Below are positions 38,301 to 48,352 of a DNA stretch of 54,092 nt, one piece after another. The stretch covers positions 1-54,092 of the forward strand of contig JAUCBJ010004850.1 in the NCBI GenBank assembly GCA_032718475.1, given 5' to 3'. A program made the position numbers and the translations under genes. The first letter of the stretch is position 1. Each line of letters starts with the position of its first letter. A model generated the notes under the pieces. That model did no database searches, was not told the origin of the DNA, and worked only from the letters and a program-made list of their open reading frames with translations. This stretch comes from Nemertoderma westbladi (lineage: Eukaryota; Animalia; Xenacoelomorpha).

Positions 38301-41300
38301 ATCCCGTCTACCCACCTTGTGTAATCCCGTCTACCCACCTTGTGTAATCCCGTCTACCAACCTTGTGTAATCCCGTCTACCCACCTTGTGTAATCCCGTC
38401 TACCCACCTTGTGTAATCCCGTCTACCCACCTTGTGTAATCCCGTCTACCCACCTTGTGTAATCCCGTCTACCCACCTTGTGTAATCCCGTCTACCAACC
38501 TTGTGTAATCCCGTCTACCCACCTTGTGTAATCCCGTCTACCCACCTTGTGTAATCCCGTCTACCCACCTTGTGTAATCCCGTCTACCCACCTTGTGTAA
38601 TCCCGTCTACCCACCTTGTGTAATCCCGTCTACCCACCTTGTGTAATCCCGTCTACCCACCTTGTGTAATCCCGTCTACCAACCCACCTTGTGTAATCCC
38701 GTCTACCAACCTTGTGTAATCCCGTCTACCCACCTTGTGTAATCCCGTCTACCCACCTTGTGTAATCCCGTCTACCCACCTTGTGTAATCCCGTCTACCC
38801 ACCTTGTGTAATCCCGTCTACCCACCTTGTGTAATCCCGTCTACCAACCCACCTTGTGTAATCCCGTCTACCACCCACCTTGTGTAATCCCGTCTACCCA
38901 CCTTGTGTAATCCCGTCTACCCACCTTGTGTAATCCCGTCTACCCACCTTGTGTAATCCCGTCTACCCACCTTGTGTAATCCCGTCTACCCACCTTGTGT
39001 AATCCCGTCTACCCACCTTGTGTAATCCCGTCTACCCACCTTGTGTAATCCCGTCTACCCACCTTGTGTAATCCCGTCTACCAACCTTGTGTAATCCCGT
39101 CTACCCACCTTGTGTAATCCCGTCTACCCACCTTGTGTAATCCCGTCTACCCACCTTGTGTAATCCCGTCTACCCACCTTGTGTAATCCCGTCTACCCAC
39201 CTTGTGTAATCCCGTCTACCCACCTTGTGTAATCCCGTTTGCAGTAGGTTTTTCCATCGCGAACGAAACAAGTTATAGATTCATCGAGAAAACATTGACA
39301 TTGGGAACATTTAAGGCAAGTCGAGTGCCATTCAAGGTCGGGTGCGACTCGTAGGACAAACGGGTCTAATATAAGAGACCCACAGCCAACGCAGATCGGT
39401 GCTCGGGTATTACCTAAAATATTCAAATTAATTAATTAATTTAATCAAAATCCGATGCATCATAAAATAGTATTTATTAGTAATAGTAAAAGATAAGTAA
39501 TATTATTTATGTATCATTATAATTAATTTAGAAATCAAGGCGGACGGACATGAGTTTTTTCTATTACTATACTATAATGGCCTGCTGCATTGAAGCTGCA
39601 GTGCTCAACATTGAGATGCTGTGCTGGTTTAATAAAAATGTTTGTTCTACCACCATGTCCCAGCTACAATTATTGGCTTGCTGTGATGCAGCGTGCATTA
39701 AGAATGCTGTGCCGGCTTATCGACAAAATTGCACCGCCACTACTCACTATCCCCCATGACTTTCGCGAGATTATCCGCATCTTCAAGGTCAGTGCCCTTT
39801 AAGAGGCGTCTCTAGAAAGTCATGAGCTGTCCAGGTCCACCATGCTTATTTTCTCCACGAGGACACCTAAGCATCACAGCTGGACCTCACGGCGAAAGCA
39901 ATGTCCTGCAAAGCGGAGGCGGCTTTGTTCTAGTGTCAAGCTTGGGGGAACCAATGAGACACCTACAATGTTATATAGTGCGTCTGGTTGGAGATGTGTG
40001 CATTGTACTTGACACAATGAACCCGGCGTAGCATTCTTGTGAATGTGCCATCCAGAGATTTGGTGTCCTCAGCAGTTAGAGCCCAGCATGGACTCCTATA
40101 TTGGACGGACATGAGACAGGACAAGGCGGAAATCAGACACGACAAGGAGGACATCAGACAGGACAAGGCTGGGGAAGTGTGGCGCCCCACCCCCCCCCCC
40201 CCCCCCCCCCCGCCATACAGATAACTGCCAAGAGAGGGGAGACTTACTTCTGGTTTCCTCCTGTATTTCGTGTTTTAACATTCACCAACAATATTAATTT
40301 ACTTTATTAATTAAGCGGCCCTATATTATTGTAAAATAATTATTGTTTTATGTAAGTGAGAGCTGTTCAAACCATCAGCAAACTGCAATAAATTATACTA
40401 CGGTCGTCTACTAACAGTCTGTGTGTGTTGGGGTCTGTGAGTCTGTGTTCCGAAGTTCTGTATGTTGGGGTCTGTGAGTCTGTGTTCCGAAGTTCTGTAT
40501 GTTGGGGTCTGTGAGTCTGTGTTCCGAAGTTCTGTATGTTGGGGTCTGTGAGTCTGTGTTCCGAAGTTCTGCTACACGACGGTACCAGACATGTGTTGTT
40601 GTCTGGTTTATTGTGAAATAAATTATATTCTGTTAATCCAGATTATTTTGTTTGTTTGTCTAACCACAATCGATAGGGTGTAAAGGGTATAACTGGGCAA
40701 CTGTTTGGTTTATTTCATGTAAATATACGATTATTTATAGATGCAACTCATAGATTATATTGCAGTCTAGACTCAGTCTTAAATCAGCATATCAGCTCAA
40801 AGCACAAAGGATAATTTATCGTCAAATCAAAAATATATAGTTAAAAAAGCCAAAATGAATTCAAAAAAATAAATTGATCGAGTTTCAATTAATTTATATT
40901 TCATGTTGTAACAAGGTGAAAATTACTAACTATACCGTGAAAGTCAGTACCACCAGACATCTGATAGAAAACCGAAGATGGTCATCTCTCCCCCCAGGAC
41001 CATCACAACACATATCAGTGACATACATACTGATAGCAAAGCAAAGCCGATCGTAATAATATGGGAGGAAATCTCTTGTTTTACTTATTCAAGTTAGGAC
41101 TATCTCGGTACTAAGACTTTCATAAATACGACCTCTTAATAAAGATAACAGCATATTATCAACCCTAACTGGCAACCGGGGTATTATACAACGTATAATT
41201 GGTCTGGGGGATTAAACTTATATATAACCCCCATATCTCATTTTAAAATTTTTATATCTTGGCCCAAAAATTACAATTTTGATGATATAAGACTTTTTGA

Positions 41301-42676
41301 TCACGATAAAGGTCGCCGATTTTCGCTGATTTTGAAAAGTTTTCAAGGTCGCTGATAACGACACCTCGTTAAAAATCATTAGTGGTAACGTAACTATCAT
41401 TTTTGGTGTTTTTCTGATGGTACGAAAAATACAAGTTAGCATAATATTTCAGACAGCAAAAATAAAACTTGGTTGGATAATACGATATTTTTGATATCAC
41501 ATTCGTGATCAGCGTCCCAGAAAACCCATATAATGTCTAAAAATCAGGTTGATTTAGAAATAATCTTTCATTATCAAATTTGTGCTACTTGTATCTTTCG
41601 TGCCGCCCATTGACAGATATCCAAAAATAACGTAACCATAAGGGACGATGTTTTTCAGTGTCATATTTGTGATTTGCATCCCAAAAACCCCATATGGTCA
41701 AAGACCATCCATTAACTTGATTCTTCGTGTCCCACGAAACTAACAGCCATAAAAATGGCGATTGTTCTATTGGGTAGCCCATAAAATTTTATGAAAAGTC
41801 ATGAAATCTTGGTTTTCCAAACAAATCTGACTCAAAGATACAGATGAATTACAAAAAATAGGGTTAATCGCTTTAAATACAATTATACAAATATATAAAT
41901 CAAGTTATAGAACTTATATAAATGTTCTAAGAACAGAACTTTAGTGGGGTTTATAAATGTTCTGGTAACTAATTTTATAAATGAGATTCTAAAACTATGA
42001 AAAGTCACCGGGTGACCAATAGTTTGAAATTAAATAATTTTCGGATTCGAGTAAAAAATAATTCAGTTTTTCTCCGGTATTTTACTTTCTACTGTAATCT
42101 GATTAAAAATACGTGCCCCCCCCCCCCCCCCACCCACCCCCCCCCCCACCATCCCCTCCCCAAGTCTAGACTCCAACCCCAACCACCAACCACCCAATAA
42201 TAACTAATTAATAAAAACTATAAATACTATACAACACCATAAACTTAAGATATGACCTCCGCCGTAATAAATCCGCGAAATAATTCACCATCCGTCCTGG
42301 TAGCTCAGTGGTCTTAGTACACACACACCCGGCTGATAATGACCGGGACTTTGAAACCTAGGTACCGGGTTCGAGCCCCAATAGGGTCGGTTGATATATT
42401 TCCCGTAAACTCGGTTTCAATACACCCACTTGGAATTTTTTTGAGGTTCCAAAAACCGGTGATTTTCTGATGTACTGTACTGTATTGTTATACATGCATA
42501 TACCAATTGAGGGAAAGGTGCAGGTTACAGAGGCAGGCTTCTCTAACCAAAACATTAAACAATCACTTTACCAATTGTGGGTGCACTGAAACCGAATTGA
42601 GCCGAGCATTTCTCTCACCTAGAATATTTTTCGATGACAACACGTCGCTATTAAACGGAAGATCGTCTCTTATCAT
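23264..42676 (-). CDS. Isl: Islet-class LIM-homeodomain transcription factor; spliced model join(complement 42619-42676, 39224-39413, 32301-32437, 28904-29041, 27328-27614, 26313-26498, 23264-23383), 1116 nt, about 371 aa
   Basis: Hand translation gives LIM1 ([28 protein letters not shown]), LIM2 ([25 protein letters not shown]), the Islet homeodomain ([27 protein letters not shown]) and an LBD ([25 protein letters not shown]). All six introns are GT-AG and their phases (1,2,1,1,0,0) join into one open frame. Confidence 0.93.
23380..25377 (-). repeat. 46-bp tandem minisatellite (minus strand: ..AACTAYTATTACAATAG|GTAGCAGTTACTGAACACAAATGTTCTAG), about 43 copies
   Basis: Periodicity read directly. 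Variant 49-bp units (aacatgcgtt) occur near both ends. Confidence 0.97.
26313..26498 (-). CDS. Isl: Islet exon 6, Lhx3/4-binding domain (186 nt)
   Basis: Acceptor tttcttcag|. [34 protein letters not shown] resembles the Isl1 LBD. Donor ATG|GTGGGT. Confidence 0.9.
27328..27614 (-). CDS. Isl: Islet exon 5, homeodomain (287 nt)
   Basis: Acceptor ttcgcag|, peptide ..[76 protein letters not shown], donor CAG|GTTGGT. Confidence 0.96.
28904..29041 (-). CDS. Isl: Islet exon 4, end of LIM2 plus poly-Asn linker (138 nt; absent from the ORF track)
   Basis: Acceptor ttttttag|, peptide [30 protein letters not shown]9TKTSAMQS, donor CCG|GTTAGT. Confidence 0.9.
29916..32315 (-). repeat. 42-bp tandem minisatellite (minus strand: TTAATTACAG|GTGAGTTGTAAAGTTATAAGTTCTACTTGCAG), about 57 copies
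   Basis: Periodicity read directly; the first unit overlaps the 3' end of Islet exon 3. Confidence 0.98.
32301..32437 (-). CDS. Isl: Islet exon 3, N-terminal part of LIM2 (137 nt; absent from the ORF track)
   Basis: Acceptor gtttcag|, peptide [45 protein letters not shown], donor CAG|GTGAGT. Confidence 0.95.
33615..39238 (-). repeat. 23-bp tandem satellite (minus strand: ACGGGATTACACAAG|GTGGGTAG), about 244 copies
   Basis: Periodicity read directly; the first unit is the last 15 nt of Islet exon 2 plus 8 nt of intron. Confidence 0.98.
39224..39413 (-). CDS. Isl: Islet exon 2, LIM1 domain (190 nt)
   Basis: Acceptor attttag|, peptide [63 protein letters not shown], donor AAG|GTGGGT. Confidence 0.95.
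40427..40571. repeat. 37-bp minisatellite, about 4 copies (TGTTGGGGTCTGTGAGTCTGTGTTCCGAAGTTCTGTA)
   Basis: Periodicity read directly. Confidence 0.92.
42294..42390 (+). mobile_element. tRNA-like Pol III head (SINE or tRNA pseudogene), antisense within Islet intron 1
   Basis: A box TAGCTCAGTGG (42301) and B box GGTTCGAGCC (42368). The spacer is too long and there is no clean cloverleaf. Confidence 0.55.
42619..42676 (-). CDS. Isl: Islet exon 1, coding part ([20 protein letters not shown])
   Basis: The ATG has an in-frame TAA 8 codons upstream. The exon ends CTAG|GTGAGA in phase 1, which is what the LIM1 exon requires. There is no homology evidence for the peptide itself. Confidence 0.65.
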
Positions 42677-43451
42677 ATTTCTCTCTTCCACAAAAAGTTA
42701 TATCTTCAAGAATAAATATATATACTGAGGAGTGAGGCCCTATTAGCACGACAGTTGTTGAAAAGCAAAAGGACGACGAATTAGCAAAACTAACAATAAT
42801 AAAATAAAGTATCAGTTTAGTGAATACATAAACCTAAACGTTATACTAAATTAAATTTCCCAGCAACAACTAAACAAATTTAGATAACGTTTTTATACGT
42901 TCCAATTCCAAACGTAACTTTTATGAAAATCGACAAACATTGAACGATGAAACGAACCAATTGAATTATGATGAAATAGTTATCCAGCCTGGTATATTTA
43001 TCCATCTTATAGGCTCACTGCTGGAGATAGGTAAGAGTTAACGTCTCTGATTGGCTAAATCTCTCTAAAGGAACGTTTTGTTATTTCTCAGTTCGGTATT
43101 GCAATGGCAGAGGGCGCTAGAACTGATGAGCATACCAGTGACATTTAGTTAAGTTGTAGATCCATTCCCTTGCAGTTAGGCCTTAATAGTAATAGTTTTC
43201 TTGCTACACCATACCCTATTATACCTGTACACGGTTTTAGTACTATAAACAGCCAGACACAACTCTTGGAAGTTACCAGTAAGACAGGACAGAGATGGAG
43301 AGTGCCACACTAACCCCCAAGGTTCAACACTACGTAGCCATACAAACACTTTCTTAGCTTTCCCACCATAATTCTGTTAGCAGTTAGGTTTGCGAACCAT
43401 TGTTACGAAATTCTACAAAGATAGTTACGGGCCCAGATCACCGGGATAAAC

Positions 43452-43599
43452 ATAATCGAGTTAGGGTTGGGAGGGGGGAAAAACGAGAGGTCGGATCTTT
43501 AGGGCTTTATATTGGCACTTACATTAACGAACACCTTTTCGATCACCCTAAAGATCCGACCTCTCGTTTTTTCCCCCCTCCCAACCGTAACTCGATTAT
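43452..43599. mobile_element. Foldback or MITE-like element with ~53-bp inverted arms and a 41-bp spacer
   Basis: Arm ataatcgagttagggttgggagggggg..ggatctttaggg (43452-43504) pairs with 43546-43599 with about 2 differences. Confidence 0.7.
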
Positions 43600-44574
43600 T
43601 GTTACGAAATTGTAACTGCCTCAGCAAGGATTGAACCCGGGACTTACCAGCTATACGCATCGTTAGGTATTGTACACTTCAGGAGTGCACCAGTGAGGAG
43701 TGTGAAATAACTTCCGCGAAATGTATAAAATTTACTTATTTTCCTCGAAAACCAAGATTACTTGTATAAGGTGAGGGTGTGAAATATTGTGAAAAGGGTA
43801 AAAAATTATAGAGGAATGGAAATAAAGTTAACTGTGAGAAATATAAATACGGTAAAATTTGGAACATATATGGATAATTAACTATGCAACATTAAAAAAT
43901 CATAAAAATAAAGTTAAGAGAACCAACGTAAAGGAGAATTTGGAATGAATTTCGTGAATTCAGATATATAATTACTTATTTTATGCGCCGTATCACTGCA
44001 GTAGTAGATGTTCTCGATGTTCTCGATGTTAAATTAACCCAAATTATATGCCATGCACGAACGCAACCCTTATACCATCAGAGTTGTACAGTTGGTTAGT
44101 CAGTTAACCGGCGTATTTAGTATATACTAAATCCAAAACGTTGTAATCGGCAGATCAATACAACATAAATTCAATCCCCGACAGTCAGTCAGTTATAGAG
44201 CTGTATCGTGATATATCGATCGATCGCGTTTCAAACCGAACTCCATTTAGAGTTTGGCTTTTCGGGTAGTTTAATTACATCACAAAGCGCAGCGCATTAA
44301 GGTACAACGTAGAATACGTACATACCAAACGGTTGCGGTGATGTGGTTCTAACCGCCCTGCACTATTTGAAATTAATTTATTGAAATATTAAGAATTTCA
44401 TTACCCGTTTAAATCATTATACTGCCATCGAAAAAAACGTAAATTTGTGTTCCAATTATATATATACAGTATTATTATATAAATGTTTTTACAAAACGCC
44501 AGGAAATACTTCCTACAGGTCCACTGGCACCGAAATTTAGCCAACAATGTATTTACTTGCACATAATCGCAACT

Positions 44575-44830
44575 AATTGCATTTCCTTGCATTTTATTGC
44601 ATTGCATTGCATAGCCTTGTATTGCATTGCATCGAATAAAATTGCATTGCATTGCATAGCCTTGTATTGCATTGCATTGAATAAAATTGCATTGCATTGC
44701 ATAGCCTTGTATTGCATTGCATTGAATAAAATTGCATTGCATTGCATTGCATAGCCTTGTATTGCATTGCATTGAATAAAATTGCATTGCATTGCATTAT
44801 ATTGCATTGGATTGCATTGCATTACATTGA
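44575..44830. repeat. (ATTGC)n microsatellite with a ~46-bp higher-order unit
   Basis: attgc pentamers interrupted repeatedly by atagccttgt and aataaa. Confidence 0.92.
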
Positions 44831-47827
44831 CTTGCTTTGCAAGGCACAATGCAATTAGCATAAAATAAGTTGACAAAGATGAGGTATTGAAGATGAAGAG
44901 GGGCGGGAATTCAGACATTAATGTTGATTTCAAAATTAATAATATGTATTCTAGAATAATATATTAAACCATTTATTACACACTATGTAATTATTCAATT
45001 GACGTGCTGCTTGGTATATTGTAGTAATATTAATAATTGACTCAACATGTTGGTGTTAACCGGTTTAAACTCAATATAGAAATGTATTTCTCAATTATTT
45101 ATTGTTGTATGTATCCAACATGCAGACTTTGTATGCGTTGTCCATACTCTAAATCGACACCCGTTAGTTGTACATTATCCCACCCCTGTCGCACTTTATA
45201 CGCAGCCACAAAGCGATTAAACGCAACAGCCCGCATATCCATATCCCCGTAGCTTAGCACAGCCCTTCTGTTCTATCAGTAACACGAGTTTAAGAGGATC
45301 AGAAGCAATGTCTTCTTTATCCTTTATTACAGCCGTGGCTAATAAAGAGATCATACGCTCCAGTGATTTGACTAAGAAAGTCACACCTACAATATCTCAA
45401 GTGTTAATCTCCCAAAAGCCTCATCTGCCCCACGACTAGAGGCATACAACAGCACCGAATGCTGCAAACTCGAGGTATAATATGCTGTGGGCTAATATAT
45501 AAGGGCCCAATTAGTTCGCTTGCTCTCAGATAGTAATTACTCGCCCTGTCACCTATAATAGCCACGCATACTGGAAAGGCGCGTAAAAAAGCGACCTAGA
45601 TGGTACCTCGTATAGTCATACCTTATACGTTGATGGGGTACCAAGTATTTGTTCTGTTCCTCGAATTACCTGACATTCTTCGATACTGGTACTGTACCAC
45701 ACTACTATACTATTGGGGCCCTGTAGTGGGTTGGCTACCACACTACTATACTACTGGGGCTCTGTAGTGGGTTGGCCCCTTATTATCCCCACAAATTATC
45801 TCATTTACCTAGTTGCTGACTAATAAGTTGAGTCTCTTTGTATAAGCTGACTGGACTCGTTCAGTTGGCATTGAGGTCTGTTTACTGGCACACAATGGGC
45901 TCAATGAGCCAGTCACTGAGTTAATTAGCTCAGCTAGTTAGATCCGTTTGGCTTAGCATTATTTTCTTATTCAAACTACCGATTACATTGGCTAAAAAAA
46001 TGGTTTTCGATAGAAAACTTTGTCGGCTTGTGCTACATATTTTATCAGATAACAACGATTGTATTTAGAAATGTCATAGCCAGGTATTGATATCGCTTAC
46101 CCGATATTGGGATATCCTCGCGGCGATGTCTATTCCGGACATGTATTACAATTTGTTATGGCTCGCCAGGTTCTGAAAGATTCTTCACGCAATAGGAGAC
46201 GACTTTATAATCGGTCTCTACACTATTCGTGAGATTCGCATCTGATATATCCATTGAAAAATTAAATTGTGACATAATTATTTAGAATTGTTTTTCCCAA
46301 CTAACTACATTAAACCAAACTTTACTAAACAACAAACAAAACTAAATAATAACCTTATACCGAACTAAACTAGAGGTTCTGTATAAAGTTTCAATAAGGA
46401 CCGCGATGCTATTTATTAATATTGTTGCTTTGCTGTGGTCATGTAAGCAGTGCTTACCGCCTTACTGTATATTAACTAGGGACATAAACAGTTGAGCCAA
46501 AAGCAAAAAGCGGATACAAATAATATGTAACTAAAAATACGACAATATTATACGTTAAATATTATTTTTTAATTTCCTGAGTGGATTATATATAATATGA
46601 ATATATAAAACATATTTTCTCATTTCTCTTATATGAATAAATATATATAATTCCATTGGATACCTTTACATTTTTTATATATATATATATATATATTCAT
46701 ATACACTCAAATACTCTTATATCGTGATAATCCCATACGTTAAAAAGAAGAACTCATTAAATGTTGTTTAAACATGTTTTATTTTATAATTGATTGTTAC
46801 AGTTATATGCTTGTGTGCGTATATATTGATCTACTAATCTAAACGACTTAATCAATAAAACCTATTCATTGTTGTAGGGAGAGGCTTATTTACAAGAATG
46901 TTCATCTGTCTGTATGCGACCGAGACCACACCCACAATGCCATCAACACGATCACTATCCGAGAAACATATCGTAAATAGGGCGGGAAATCTCGATGCTA
47001 AATCAATTGCCGACTCAGTAAATGCGGTTACCTCCGAGGAGTTTGGTATTATTGTCAGCCGGTTTCTGTAATAACATCAGTGTGGCTCGTACAGCGGTAA
47101 CTCGATTAGTACTCTGTTATTAGCGCTATTGCGTTCATAGTTAAACGTATATCGTGCGACCAGTCCTATTGTAAGCGAATTACAGTTCTACCCTAAGGCC
47201 TACGCACGACGGGAAATAAAAATGTCCGCTTCGATTTACAGTTTGTCTATTGTGATCGGAATTTAATTTTGCGCTGAACAATATATTGTAGGTTAATATA
47301 GGCTACGGGATTGGAATACTACGGGGCTATTTTGTTCCTATGCGCGCTTTAACATTGCGCGTAGATGTATGATAAATATAGAGATACAAAATATGTTTAG
47401 TTTATACGTGTTATTTGTCCACAGAAATACCTAAAACATATTTTACTTTGACTACTATAATACTTCGGTGTTACATTCATTTGGGTCTAAAACCAAGGTT
47501 AGATGATATGGAAATATTGGGGTAACTAATAATGATAAAACACTATTCTTAACCTGTAATCCCGCAACTTAAAGTACATATAATATAGTTAATATTGTCA
47601 AACATAATGTATGTCTGACAGAATGATTTGGCGTTTGTTTCTCTATTTGTCGCCTTTGAAGAACAGTGCGTTCGATCATGTATATGAATATGTAATAGGT
47701 CTGTGTGATGTATGCGTATGTGTCAAAGTTTTTATTTTTTAAATTTTCCATCCCAGGGCATTGTTTATGTTTTGTTTCTACCCGAAATTTTTCACCAAAT
47801 AATTCAGTACATAAAACTTAACATAAC

Positions 47828-47946
47828 ACACCCGCAGCACACCGCACATCGCAGATCCCGCAGCACACCGCACCCGTAGCACCGCATACACCGCAGCACC
47901 CGCACCCACAGCTCAGCACCGGCAGCACACCGCACACCGCAGCACA
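47828..47946. repeat. Low-complexity (GCACC/GCAGCACACC) simple repeat
   Basis: Recurring accgca and gcagcac motifs. Confidence 0.75.
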
Positions 47947-48279
47947 AAAACGATCTGATGTGAGACGATCATATGATATTATGGGATGGTGTAGATCCCA
48001 GAATACTAAAGCATTGGCATTGTCTCTAGTCGGCATTTTATAAACTATCAAGGATATGGAATCACGTAAACAAACCTTCTCTACAAGTACCACGTCATTG
48101 CAGTAATTGTGCCTGTTCTGCTATAGGGCAGTCAGAAGTCAACAATGGGTTTGACCTCGAGCATCTTCAATATCGCCATTACCATAGATAAGAGGGAGAG
48201 AGATAAACAAATTTATAAACCTATTGTGTTTTTTTGACCGCGAAAACATAAAAAAATTCAAGATAATTTAAGCTTATCG

Positions 48280-48352
48280 AGGGCAAAGCAAGGGCAAAGT
48301 TTGGGCAACAAAGCATGGGCAAAGCTCGGGCAAAGAAGGGCAAAGCAAGGGT
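48280..48352. repeat. Short degenerate GGGCAAAG repeat, about 6 copies
   Basis: Read directly. Confidence 0.75.

Noticed and set aside
1-39238. CRISPR-like arrays (23-46-bp repeats)
   Set aside because: The units are head-to-tail with no unique spacers, there are no cas genes, and the context is a spliced eukaryotic gene.
40427-40571. 37-bp repeat as another donor-derived array (contains GTGAGT)
   Set aside because: The motif is antisense to Islet and no adjacent plus-strand exon is supported.
42294-42390. Functional tRNA gene
   Set aside because: A and B boxes are present, but there is no convincing acceptor stem or anticodon arm, so it is treated as a SINE or pseudogene.
44401-44933. Cys/Gln-rich MQCNA ORFs
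   Set aside because: They are translations of the (ATTGC)n microsatellite.
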